Notes: generated by a model from the sequence alone, not told the origin. A DNA stretch of 32,000 bases from Candidatus Odinarchaeota archaeon (GCA_016839265.1 JAEOUO010000002.1:90001-122000); one strand, 5' to 3'. Positions 10,315-19,832 are shown, numbered from the stretch's first letter. Program-made: numbers and translations.

Positions 10315-11094
10315 ATGTCTTCAACAATTAAGAATACTATTATCTTAGACGGTGTCAGCTTAGAATACTATGTGAGGCGGCGGCGTGTTAAAAACACTCG
10401 CATAGAGGTTAAACCTTGGGGTGTTTTAGTTGTGCTGCCGGTGAACTGTGGTGAACCTTTAGAGTTGATTGAACGTAATAAGAACTGGATTTTAAAAGTT
10501 TATAGGAGATTAAAGGAGAATGAGCTTCTATACCAGTCTCCTGTGAACGTGTTTCCGTTACTAGGCGCTTCGTATACTCTTATTTTAGATGAACAAATTA
10601 ACAAGTTTGAAGTCGACCATATACGTCACCTGATAAGAATAGGGTCTAATTTTAACTTAGCTGGTTTCAAAAATTTTTTGAAAAAAACTTTACTTGATCG
10701 AATACTCCTTTTTTTGAATAGTTTACCAGGTGAAGTTGATAAACAATATAATAAGATCACTATTAAAAATCAGAAAACAAGGTGGGCTAGTTGCTCTGTT
10801 AAGCGTAATCTGAATTTTAATATTAAAATGATTTCTCTACCTGTTAAACTAATAGAGTTTATAGTATTCCATGAGCTTATGCATTTTAAAATTAGATCTC
10901 ACAGTGAATCTTTTTATAAGCTGGTAGCTTGCAGGTACCCTGATTACCAGGCTATTCGAAGAATATTAAATGAGTATTTTATCGCGTTTAACTTGAACAA
11001 GCTCTGGCAGTTAATCTGTCAACCCCATTTTTCGAAGCAGACTATTTCTTCTAATGTTTTTCGACTGGTGGGCTTAGGTTCTATGTCAGGGTAG
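10315..11094 (+). CDS. YgjP/DUF45-type M48 zinc metallopeptidase (WLM/SprT-like)
   Basis: QKTRWASCS and FHELMH...HSESFY...YPDY match the HExxH...H pattern; N-terminal RRRRVKNTRIEV...VVLP typical of YgjP. Confidence 0.9.
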   Translation: MSSTIKNTIILDGVSLEYYVRRRRVKNTRIEVKPWGVLVVLPVNCGEPLELIERNKNWILKVYRRLKENELLYQSPVNVFPLLGASYTLILDEQINKFEVDHIRHLIRIGSNFNLAGFKNFLKKTLLDRILLFLNSLPGEVDKQYNKITIKNQKTRWASCSVKRNLNFNIKMISLPVKLIEFIVFHELMHFKIRSHSESFYKLVACRYPDYQAIRRILNEYFIAFNLNKLWQLICQPHFSKQTISSNVFRLVGLGSMSG

Positions 11095-11531
11095 CCGATG
11101 GGGATCATAGTGACAACTCTTATATTTTTCGGTATCCCCAGGATTTCTTTAACTTTATCCTCGTAGAAGGCTCCAAGCCAGCATGTTCCTAAACCTTCTT
11201 CAACAGCTTTTAACACTAGATGAGTTACAGCTATTGAAACATCTACTACATAGGATGGTTGACCGCAGGTCATCACATAATCTGTTTTAGTCCCGCATGC
11301 AACTATCACTACAGGGGCTTGAGCTACGAAGGCTTGGCCTTTAGCTGCTTCCATTAGTTTCTCTTTAGTCTCTTTATCTTTAACGATGATAAACTTCCAG
11401 TCTTGCAGGTTTCTAGCTGAAGGCGCTAGCTTGGCTGCTTCAAGAACGCGTTTAAGCTTATCTTCTTCTATAAGTGTTTCTTTAAATCTTCTGATGCTTC
11501 TTCTTTTTTGAATAACTTCCATTAACTCCAT
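11019..11531 (-). CDS. Nitroreductase family protein
   Basis: IQKRRSIRRF, APSARNLQDWKFIIV, GLGTCWLGAF and IPIGYP. GGTGAGG SD upstream favours ATG 11531 over 11615. Confidence 0.93.
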   Translation of the reverse strand: MELMEVIQKRRSIRRFKETLIEEDKLKRVLEAAKLAPSARNLQDWKFIIVKDKETKEKLMEAAKGQAFVAQAPVVIVACGTKTDYVMTCGQPSYVVDVSIAVTHLVLKAVEEGLGTCWLGAFYEDKVKEILGIPKNIRVVTMIPIGYPDIEPKPTSRKTLEEIVCFEKWG

Positions 11532-11991
11532 TTCCCTCACCTTTCCACTTACCAGATCGATTTTATTTTTGTATTTAATTACTTCATATATTTTTCGAGT
11601 AAATTTTTCAATCATTTTATGTATTCTAAGGTGTCTTCTGAGATAAAGATTTGAAAAATCTTCATCTAAATCTTTTATTACGTTTTCTTCAGTTACTATT
11701 AGTAACTCTATGCCTGTTTAGGTTTTCCTCTATTACTGGAAAAGTATTATAAAAGTTGGAGGCGTCTATCTGCTTTTTAATGATATTTCCTATACTCTTT
11801 AATCTTAGACTCGTAAACTTATAACATGTGTTTTCAAGTCTAAGCAGTTTTATGCTCTACGGGATTAACATACATGTTAAATTATATTTTACTCTATTCT
11901 CGCTATTCTTCTATGAATTTTTATTCTAGTATTTTTTGTATTCTATGTGTTTACGATCTTAGATTTCAGAGAATATGTTTAAACAGTTAAT

Positions 11992-13362
11992 TTACCCTGT
12001 GACTTGAAGACTGCTTGCAGCTATGGTTGGTGTTATGGTATTTCCTTCAATCACCTGTTTTTTTGATAACGCGAAGATATTTTTAAGAAGGCTGGTCTCC
12101 GTCTTCGAGTTCACGGGTTCTATTACTTTCCCGGAGATTTGCCCTCCTTTAACTGTATGAGTTATTTCACCGTTAACTATCAGATATCCGTTTCGAATCT
12201 CTGACCCGAATGAAGTGGTTATAGGATCAGGGTTAAGCCACGCGAATTTTCTTATTAGAATACCTTTTTTAACGTTAGCGATGATTTCATCAAGCTCCCA
12301 GTCCCCGGGCTTTATCTCCAGGTTGTTTACTGTATTAGATATTTGCCCGTTATATTTCTGCTCAACGGTTGCTCCGAATCTAACACCGTTACCTGTCGAC
12401 TTTCCGCCTGTTAATAAACCGTATAATTGATCGAAAACATGATTTTTGAAAACACCTTTATCTATTATCATTGTTTTACGCTGCGGTGTTCCTTCATCAT
12501 CGAATGGGCTTGTGTTAAGCGCATATGGATATAAACCGTTATCTATTACTGTGAGATTCTCTTTCGCTATACTCTGGTTTTCTTCGAATAATGAGACCTT
12601 CTTATATAAGGCTTGGCCTGAAGCATGATAACCTATTGTCGGCGGCAATAATTCTGCTACTATGTCCGGAGGGAATATAACATCCATTACACCTGTAGGA
12701 GGCGGTTTAGCCTGGAGGGAGTCCACAGTTAGCTGAACCCAGTCTTCTATAGTCTCCTCTATGTTGAAATCTCTTACTCTTCTATAATATTTATCAGGCC
12801 AGTACTCCGCTATTTTACCGTCTTCTTCAGCTTTCAACGCCAGTTCTAAGTAGAAGTAGGTTTCTTTTTTTCGAGCGTCTAGATTATTCGAATTATAGAT
12901 GTTAGTGTATACTTGATATGATCTAAGTTTGCAGAACGTGAGCTTAACTCTACTATATTTTGCGAGAGCTGTTTTAAGGTGATCCGCTTTATCTAAAAGA
13001 GTATCTAAAGGGTTTTTCATGATTTCATGGTCTACTATTCTTGTTTTAGGATATTTCTCTGGCTCAGGGAACAGGTAGACTGGCAGATGAGTCATAGAAG
13101 CGTTTTTTAAAGCGGTTTGAACTGTTTTCTTTACCGATGTTTCTTTCAGTGAAGAATTTGAAGCGGATCCTATTCCGACACCTTGACCTGTTTTTTTCAA
13201 CACTCTTATACTGTAACCAGTGTTTTCTAAAGAGTCTCTAACCGCTTCTATTTCCAATCCTCTTAAGTGAACTTCGGATTCAACTATTCTTTGAATATAT
13301 ATCTCCCAGTCTTTAACTGAGTGTTCCTCTACTACTCCCCTTATATTTTTAACATCTATCAT
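11992..13362 (-). CDS. pmbA: PmbA/TldE family non-catalytic peptidase subunit
   Basis: PFDDEGTP, KGVFKNHVFD and STGNG motifs; no HExxxH; adjacent to tldD. Confidence 0.88.
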   Translation of the reverse strand: MIDVKNIRGVVEEHSVKDWEIYIQRIVESEVHLRGLEIEAVRDSLENTGYSIRVLKKTGQGVGIGSASNSSLKETSVKKTVQTALKNASMTHLPVYLFPEPEKYPKTRIVDHEIMKNPLDTLLDKADHLKTALAKYSRVKLTFCKLRSYQVYTNIYNSNNLDARKKETYFYLELALKAEEDGKIAEYWPDKYYRRVRDFNIEETIEDWVQLTVDSLQAKPPPTGVMDVIFPPDIVAELLPPTIGYHASGQALYKKVSLFEENQSIAKENLTVIDNGLYPYALNTSPFDDEGTPQRKTMIIDKGVFKNHVFDQLYGLLTGGKSTGNGVRFGATVEQKYNGQISNTVNNLEIKPGDWELDEIIANVKKGILIRKFAWLNPDPITTSFGSEIRNGYLIVNGEITHTVKGGQISGKVIEPVNSKTETSLLKNIFALSKKQVIEGNTITPTIAASSLQVTG

Positions 13363-13366
13363 ACGC

Positions 13367-14764
13367 TCAACCTTGGCTTACTATTCCTTTAGATCTTATA
13401 TAAGAGCCCCCGCTGCCTACAGGTACATAGTCTTCATGTCCTTTTCCGCAGGTTCCACTGTCTAATTCGAAATCACTGGCGCAGCTTATAGCGTCGATAT
13501 CTTTTACAAATTTTAGAACATCTCCTGTTAAAGCTAGATTAGATAAAACTTTGGTGATCTTCCCGGACTCTACTAGATATCCTTTTTTAGCTTTTAACTG
13601 CATTCCCCCTCCAGCAGGGTCCTCCATTCCAGATTCAAATCTAGTCATTAACACGCCTAGTTTAATATCTGAGATCATCTCGTTTAGCTTCCAGTCTCCG
13701 GAGGCTATGTAAGTGTTAGTCATTCGAATAAAGTTTTTACGCATGAAACTTTCTCTTCTACTATTCCCTGTCGGCTTCGCATTCATGTAAGCGGCTGTTA
13801 CACGATCATGTAGAAATGTTTTTAACACGCCTTTTTCAACGATCGCAGTTTTAGATGTTTTCACACCTTCATCATCGAATAATATTGTTCCGTAGCCTCC
13901 AGGATATGTACCGTCATCATATAATGTGAAGTCTTCTCCGCCTATTTTTTCGCCTATGTGCTTGATTAAATACGATCTATTTCGTAAAACCTGATCTGCT
14001 TCACATCCATGACCGAATGATTCATGTGCGAAGGTCCCGGTCATGCTCGGGCTTAAAACTACTGGTAGACGGCCGGCCGGGGCTTCCACTGCATTTAACA
14101 ATTCTACAGCGCTTCTTGCAACAGCAGCCGCGTCTTCTTCTCTAATTCTCTTCACCAACTCGTATCCTCCTGTATGCCCTAATGATAGATAGTCGTAGTC
14201 TACTCTATCAGCTTCTTTTGCTACACATAGAACACTGAGTCTGGTTCTAGGGATTAACTGTCTTAAACTAGAGCCTTCGCTGTTAACGAATATCTTCTCG
14301 TTTATAGACTCCGAGTATACTATACGCGTGTTGATGATTCTCTTATCTGTTTTCGAAGCTATAGTGAATGTGTGTTTAACGTTTTCAAGTTTTTCTTCTA
14401 GTGAAATGTTTTTGAAGTGAACTGACGGTTTTATTTCACTGTTGATTTTCCAAGGCTTCACTGGGTAAAAATTAAAGTTTCCACCGGTGGATTTACTTCT
14501 TCTACTGAGTTTTCTAATAGAATTTAAGAGTTTACGTTTCCCTGTTAAATCGCAGGTTGCAGTCTCCAGCCACACTCCTTCACCGCTTAATATTCTGATA
14601 ACTAAACCTGAACTCATATTCGGGTTGTAGATTTTCTCCTCTACTTTATCTTTTAAAATCGCGGTGCTTTCAACCCGGTCGAAGAGCACGTCAGCGTATA
14701 AACTGTTTTTAACAGCTTCAGTTAAAGCTTTCTCCATGAAATCAATGATGTAATTATATTCCAT
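13367..14764 (-). CDS. tldD: TldD family zinc metalloprotease
   Basis: FAHESFGHGCEAD (HExxGH), FDDEGV, TGNSRRES...RMTNTYI and C-terminal CGKG...VPVGSGG. Confidence 0.93.
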   Translation of the reverse strand: MEYNYIIDFMEKALTEAVKNSLYADVLFDRVESTAILKDKVEEKIYNPNMSSGLVIRILSGEGVWLETATCDLTGKRKLLNSIRKLSRRSKSTGGNFNFYPVKPWKINSEIKPSVHFKNISLEEKLENVKHTFTIASKTDKRIINTRIVYSESINEKIFVNSEGSSLRQLIPRTRLSVLCVAKEADRVDYDYLSLGHTGGYELVKRIREEDAAAVARSAVELLNAVEAPAGRLPVVLSPSMTGTFAHESFGHGCEADQVLRNRSYLIKHIGEKIGGEDFTLYDDGTYPGGYGTILFDDEGVKTSKTAIVEKGVLKTFLHDRVTAAYMNAKPTGNSRRESFMRKNFIRMTNTYIASGDWKLNEMISDIKLGVLMTRFESGMEDPAGGGMQLKAKKGYLVESGKITKVLSNLALTGDVLKFVKDIDAISCASDFELDSGTCGKGHEDYVPVGSGGSYIRSKGIVSQG

Positions 14765-14917
14765 TCATCACACCGTTAACTCAGCCGCTTAATTCTAGTA
14801 GGTTTCTTTTCAAATTTAACTAAAAATTTTAAATACTAGCTTCCTCTCTTATACTCTATATAAATATATATTTTAAGAATAAAAGTTGACCTATACATAT
14901 TTCAAGGCGGTTGAAAT

Positions 14918-16459
14918 ATGCACGGCGGTTATAAGATTGTTTTAACATCAGATCGAACGCTTATGAGTAATTATAGTGGCTCACTGTTCATAGGATTCAC
15001 TACATGCGGGCCTAAGACGATGATTAACCCTCGTTTATTTTTCACTTTTATAGCTCCTAAAATGAAAACAGTGAATGGTAGAGTGAAAGCTGCTCCATAT
15101 GGGTTAAGGAAGATTGAAGCTGCGTTACTCTCAGACGGTTTTACTGAAGAGGAGGTTATCACCGTTAACCCTGATGATGTTAAAAACTATATTGGACCTG
15201 AGACTCGTGTTATAGGTATATCTGCGATGGATCCTCTAGGTCAGGGCCCTGCTACTAATACGTTCGCAGGACCAGGCGGGCTTGTAAAAGTGGATTCTTA
15301 TTTAGCCTGGAAATTTAAAGATTTAGTTGAGGATATTAGATCTTATGCACCGCATGTTAAAATTGTAGTGGGCGGTTCAGGCGCTTGGCAGCTTAAAAGA
15401 GAGTCTGAAGTTCGCAGAAACCTTGGCATTAACACCGTGTTGATAGGTGAGTCTGATTTAACAGCTCCGCAAATTTTCAGACAGATATTGGAAGGAGACG
15501 ATGTTCCTGAAATAGTTGATGAAGTGCTTGTTCCAGTGGATAAAATCCCACGGATTAGAAACGCTGCTATCGGCGGTGTGGTGGAGATTACTAGGGGTTG
15601 CGGTCGCGGATGTGATTTCTGTATTCCTACTATGAGGAAGTTACGGTCTAGACCTTTAGAGGATATTTTAGAGGAGGCTAAAGTTAATATTAAAGGCGGT
15701 GAGAGATGGATTACCCTGCACGGTGAGGATGTTTTAAGGTATAAGGCTAAGGGATTGGAGTTAGATCATAATGCGGTTGTTGAACTTTTCGAGTCTGTGA
15801 ATAAACTGGATGACTGTCTTGGTGTGGGTGCCAGCCACTTCTCTTTAGCTGCATCTTGTCAAGATCCTAAACTATTAGAGGATATTGCGCACGCTGTCGG
15901 TATCGGTTCTTCTAAGCTTAAACCTTGGATGGGATGTCAGACTGGTGTGGAGACAGGTAGTGTAAAGTTGATTAAAAAATATATGGAGGGTAAAGTTAAA
16001 CCGTTTAAACCGGAGGAGTGGCCTGATATCGTTGAGCAGGCTTTCGCTTACTGTCATGATTATAAGTGGGTTCCCGCGGCTACTTTAATTATCGGTTTTC
16101 CGGATGAAACGGTTGACGATATCATGGATACCTTAGAGCTTTTAGATAGGCTTAAAAAATATAAGAGTTTAATCGTCCCATTATTCTGTGTTCCGATAGC
16201 TGAGCTTTCTGATCAGCCTTTCTTCGGAACAGATAGAATGGTTAAAGCTCACTGGGATGTTTTCCTATCGTGCTGGGATCACTTGAGAATCTGGTTGAAA
16301 GAGTTAGCTGTAGATCATACAGCGGGTATGAATCCTATAGCCGGCTGGTTTATTAGACGCTTCGTAAATTACGCTATTAATAAATCTGATAAAAAGGTTA
16401 GAGAAATCTTGAAGCGTAAGCGCGATCAAGCCCCTGAGACGTTTTCAACCTCTACATAA
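14918..16459 (+). CDS. Radical SAM protein resembling GDGT ring synthases GrsA/GrsB
   Basis: KIVLTSDRTLMSNY, APYGLRKIEAALL, DPLGQGP and EITRGCGRGCDFC. The N-terminal motif series resembles the Grs family as I recall it; radical SAM identity is firm, the Grs assignment is inferred. Confidence 0.75.
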   Translation: MHGGYKIVLTSDRTLMSNYSGSLFIGFTTCGPKTMINPRLFFTFIAPKMKTVNGRVKAAPYGLRKIEAALLSDGFTEEEVITVNPDDVKNYIGPETRVIGISAMDPLGQGPATNTFAGPGGLVKVDSYLAWKFKDLVEDIRSYAPHVKIVVGGSGAWQLKRESEVRRNLGINTVLIGESDLTAPQIFRQILEGDDVPEIVDEVLVPVDKIPRIRNAAIGGVVEITRGCGRGCDFCIPTMRKLRSRPLEDILEEAKVNIKGGERWITLHGEDVLRYKAKGLELDHNAVVELFESVNKLDDCLGVGASHFSLAASCQDPKLLEDIAHAVGIGSSKLKPWMGCQTGVETGSVKLIKKYMEGKVKPFKPEEWPDIVEQAFAYCHDYKWVPAATLIIGFPDETVDDIMDTLELLDRLKKYKSLIVPLFCVPIAELSDQPFFGTDRMVKAHWDVFLSCWDHLRIWLKELAVDHTAGMNPIAGWFIRRFVNYAINKSDKKVREILKRKRDQAPETFSTST

Positions 16460-16464
16460 ATTTT

Positions 16465-17178
16465 TTAGTTTTCATTTTTTCTACCAGTGGCTCTCACCAT
16501 AAGATACGCATCCGCGCCGTCGTGATAGTATCCTTTAATAGTTTTAACTGTTTTAAATCCTAGTTTCTCATATATTCGAATAGCTTCATAATTGCTGGTT
16601 CTAACTTCAAGAACCTGCTCCGAGGTATTCGCTTTCTCCATTTCTTTTAACGCTTTAAGTAGGATCGCTTGACCTACTCCCTGTTTTCTATAAGGATGGT
16701 CTACAGCTATCGAAACTACATGCCCTTTTTTAACCCATTTAAATCCGAAACTTGATATTCCGCTTTCAAGCCTGCACATTATGTAACCGATAATTTTAGG
16801 ATCGGTGATTAACTCGTATTTGCTTAAACCGTTTTCATAATATTTTTTAAAGAATTTGAATGGAGGGGTGAGTGTATCAGAATAGTTTAAAACTTTCTCT
16901 AAAAGCATCTTAGATTCATCGTATTCTATGTTCTTCAAATCCATTAATTCTTCAACTGTTATTGTTTTCAAATCTTCTTCTCTCATTAACTTAATCAGGT
17001 TTAAAGCTTCAGGATCCTCTGATAAAACTGTCTCCGAGTTCTTCTCCGCTACTATGAAGAACTTCGGATATGTTAATAATAATTCTTTAAAAAATATTTC
17101 AGGGTAGTTTTCAGGTAGACATGTTTTATTTAACTCCATCACAGCGGGTATGTCTTTCTCTTCAGCGAATCTTACCAT
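16465..17178 (-). CDS. Ard1/Naa10-like N-terminal acetyltransferase (GNAT) with internal ~80-aa insertion
   Basis: CLPENY, IIGYIMCRLE, KGHVVSIAV...YRKQGVG (acetyl-CoA motif), LEVRTSN...IYEKLGF and YYHDGADAYLM. Confidence 0.9.
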   Translation of the reverse strand: MVRFAEEKDIPAVMELNKTCLPENYPEIFFKELLLTYPKFFIVAEKNSETVLSEDPEALNLIKLMREEDLKTITVEELMDLKNIEYDESKMLLEKVLNYSDTLTPPFKFFKKYYENGLSKYELITDPKIIGYIMCRLESGISSFGFKWVKKGHVVSIAVDHPYRKQGVGQAILLKALKEMEKANTSEQVLEVRTSNYEAIRIYEKLGFKTVKTIKGYYHDGADAYLMVRATGRKNEN

Positions 17179-17337
17179 CCACCCTTTGAAACATTCCGTG
17201 TTAATCCCACCTGAAGATACTGGTTTTAAATTTTAGGATTTAATCTATAATTTATATCTTTTGTTAAAAACGTGTTAAACTATGAAAACGTATATTACTT
17301 TTTTCAACTATTATATTTTTATAACTGGTTTTTAGAG

Positions 17338-18462
17338 ATGATTTCGAATATGAGTGGTTTAATCACAGTGGAAGCGTTGAAGGATATTGATGAAAAAATC
17401 AGGGTATTGTTTAATGTTAAAGTTGTTTTTAAAGAAACCGGCTCTGTTACTCCAACATATATTATCAGATTAGATTCGAATCTTAAAGAGTCTTTTAAAA
17501 AACTTTATCTGTTTCTCCGAAATTATGGTTTAATCCCTAAACTATTCGTTGATGAAAAGAACGCTTTCAGTGGCGGGCATGTTTTCTTAAAGCTTTCATT
17601 TTTAAACCCTGTTAAATCTCATCGTGTTTCAATTAATATTCTTCTATTCTTGTTAACGTTAATCACTACGGCTTCAACGGGTTTTTATATCTGTTTAAGC
17701 GGTCCTTTTTTAGAGGTTTACCCTGAGAGTAATATTTTTCTTGTAAGCTTCAGCTTCACTTTAAGCTTGATAGGTATTATCGGTTTACATGAGCTGGGGC
17801 ATATTTTTTCTTTGAGGAAAGCGGGATGTGAAACCAGTCTACCTTATTTTATTCCAGGTATTCCAATTATAGGGTTACCTACTTTCGGAGCGGTGATTCT
17901 TCAAAGAACGCCTCCAGTTAACCGTGACGCGCTTTTCGATTTAGGTTTAAGCGGGCCTTTAACCAGCTTTATCCTCTCTTTTATTGTTATAACTGTAGGT
18001 TCTTTACTGTCGAAGACTGTTTCCCTCTCTTACGCTGAGTATCTTTTCGAGAAATATCCGGGGATTTCCACTCTACCGGTTCCTCTCTTATTTTTAATCA
18101 TTCAAATTTTAATCTTCCCCTCCTCTGGGGGTGTGGTTTTCATGCACCCTATCGCTTACGCGGGTTGGCTTGGACTTTTAATAACCGCTCTTAACCTTTT
18201 CCCTATAGGTCAACTTGACGGCGGGCACTCTGCTAGAGCTGTTTTAGGCGAGAAATTCAGCCGTTACGCGTCGTATATTATGTTGATTTTACTTGTAGTT
18301 TTAGGCTACTGGTTGATGGCTTTACTGGTTTTTCTTATCAGCGGTTTAAAACATCAGGGTCCATTAGATGATGTATCCCCGGTTTCGAGGAGTAGAATAA
18401 TATTATGGATTATCTCAATGTTTTTATTAGTGTTGTCTTTAACACCTTTACTAGTGTTTTAA
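17338..18462 (+). CDS. Site-2 protease (peptidase M50) with N-terminal soluble domain
   Basis: LHELGH, LSGPL and LNLFPIGQLDGGH motifs with several hydrophobic segments. Start uncertain (17338 or 17350 more likely than 17272). Confidence 0.92.
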   Translation: MISNMSGLITVEALKDIDEKIRVLFNVKVVFKETGSVTPTYIIRLDSNLKESFKKLYLFLRNYGLIPKLFVDEKNAFSGGHVFLKLSFLNPVKSHRVSINILLFLLTLITTASTGFYICLSGPFLEVYPESNIFLVSFSFTLSLIGIIGLHELGHIFSLRKAGCETSLPYFIPGIPIIGLPTFGAVILQRTPPVNRDALFDLGLSGPLTSFILSFIVITVGSLLSKTVSLSYAEYLFEKYPGISTLPVPLLFLIIQILIFPSSGGVVFMHPIAYAGWLGLLITALNLFPIGQLDGGHSARAVLGEKFSRYASYIMLILLVVLGYWLMALLVFLISGLKHQGPLDDVSPVSRSRIILWIISMFLLVLSLTPLLVF

Positions 18463-18467
18463 CGGTG

Positions 18468-19169
18468 GTGGAATTGAAGAAATGGCAGGGTGAACTGGCT
18501 GAGTTTTTAGCTAGGCAGGGTGCTCTCTTATTCGGGGAGTTTAAACTTAAAAGCGGCCGTTTATCGCCGTTTTTCTTTAATATCGCGAAGACAGTTAGTA
18601 ACGGTGAGGGGCTTTTAAGAATAGGGGAGTTTTATTTTAAAGGGGTCTTGGATATACTAGGCGGTGTTAAATTCGACTTTATCCTCGGACCGGCTTATAA
18701 AGCTATACCTTTAGCAGCTGTTATCTCGATGCTAATTTATAGTAAACAAGGTGTGAATATCCGTTGGGGGTATGATCGTAAAGAGGAGAAGGCTTACGGT
18801 GTTTCAGCTGAAAAATGGTTTGTAGGTGAACTGTTTAAAGGAGATCGGCTGCTGTTAGTGGATGATGTAGCTACCACGGGGAGGACAAAAATCGATCTGA
18901 TACGTAAACTGAGAGAAGTTTTCAGCGACTATAATCTACGTTTTCAAGGTGTTTTAATACTGTTAGACCGTGAAGAGATAGGGGAGGATGGGAGATATAG
19001 CGGTGATATTTTAAGAGATGAAGGTGTTCCTCTTTATTCCCTGTTAAAGGTTAGCGAGGTTTTCGAATACTTGTATAATAAGCCTGTGGATGATAGAATA
19101 CTTGTATCGGAGAAGGAGTATCGTTTATTCCAAGATTACAGGAAAAAATACGGTGTTTCAACTCGTTGA
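18468..19169 (+). CDS. pyrE: Orotate phosphoribosyltransferase
   Basis: FKLKSGRLSPFFFN, GPAYKAIPLA, DRKEEKAYG and PRPP loop LLVDDVATTG. Start uncertain between 18465 and 18474. Confidence 0.92.
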   Translation: MELKKWQGELAEFLARQGALLFGEFKLKSGRLSPFFFNIAKTVSNGEGLLRIGEFYFKGVLDILGGVKFDFILGPAYKAIPLAAVISMLIYSKQGVNIRWGYDRKEEKAYGVSAEKWFVGELFKGDRLLLVDDVATTGRTKIDLIRKLREVFSDYNLRFQGVLILLDREEIGEDGRYSGDILRDEGVPLYSLLKVSEVFEYLYNKPVDDRILVSEKEYRLFQDYRKKYGVSTR

Positions 19170-19832
19170 CTACTCTTCATTTTTATTCTTATACTCTTTT
19201 TTCGCTATTTTCTCGGTTTCTCTCAATTCTTCATCTGTCCATAATGTATTCTCGTTTTTACCTAGATTAGTTTTCTCCGCCGGTTTATAATAATCATACA
19301 ATATATAGATTATTAATATCGCTACTATTGTAATTAGTAAATATTGAAGATAGCCGGCTATTGGCCTTAATATAACTAAAGGTAAACCTATTCGCGGTAT
19401 AGCGAACACAACTCTCCCTATTACGTTAGAGTAGGGGGTGGGTTCAGGGTCTGGGTAGGGATTTGTCTCAGGGTTTACTCCTTGAGTCCAAAAATACCAT
19501 TCTCCTCCTATTAGTTGTTTATCTATAACTCGGTGAACAACAGGTATATTTGCATTGGGGTCTGTTGGCGGTATCCAATTGGCGTGGAAGACTATATCTG
19601 TTCCGATAGTTATTTCATCCGGGGTAGCGTATTTAACGAATAATATGTCTCCCTCCCAGTATACAGGGTGCATGCTCCCAGATGTAACTACTACTACAGG
19701 TGCGCTGCTTCCCAAATAAACTGAAATGGAGAGGTATCCTACCCCCACCGCGCTTACTAGTATTATTATAGCTGCGACTGGTTTAATCAGTGTTTTCAAG
19801 TTTCCTGTTTTATTATTTTTTTCTTCGCTCAA
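19170..19832 (-). CDS. Signal peptidase I, archaeal/SEC11 type
   Basis: VVTSGSMHP (catalytic Ser), GDIL, VVHRV (catalytic His), N- and C-terminal TM helices. Confidence 0.92.
   Translation of the reverse strand: MSEEKNNKTGNLKTLIKPVAAIIILVSAVGVGYLSISVYLGSSAPVVVVTSGSMHPVYWEGDILFVKYATPDEITIGTDIVFHANWIPPTDPNANIPVVHRVIDKQLIGGEWYFWTQGVNPETNPYPDPEPTPYSNVIGRVVFAIPRIGLPLVILRPIAGYLQYLLITIVAILIIYILYDYYKPAEKTNLGKNENTLWTDEELRETEKIAKKEYKNKNEE

Noticed and set aside
14871-14915. Small hairpin TTCAA-GGCGG-TTGAA before the Grs-like gene
   Set aside because: Only 5 bp of AT-rich stem overlapping the SD region; expected by chance.
11019-16459. Nitroreductase + PmbA/TldD + radical SAM as a RiPP (microcin/TOMM) cluster
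   Set aside because: No YcaO or E1-like cyclodehydratase and no Cys/Ser-rich precursor; the nitroreductase is the small generic type and the radical SAM is divergent and Grs-like.
16798-17037. Intein in the acetyltransferase
   Set aside because: Lacks a Cys/Ser start with block A and a terminal His-Asn followed by Cys/Ser/Thr; too short even for typical mini-inteins.
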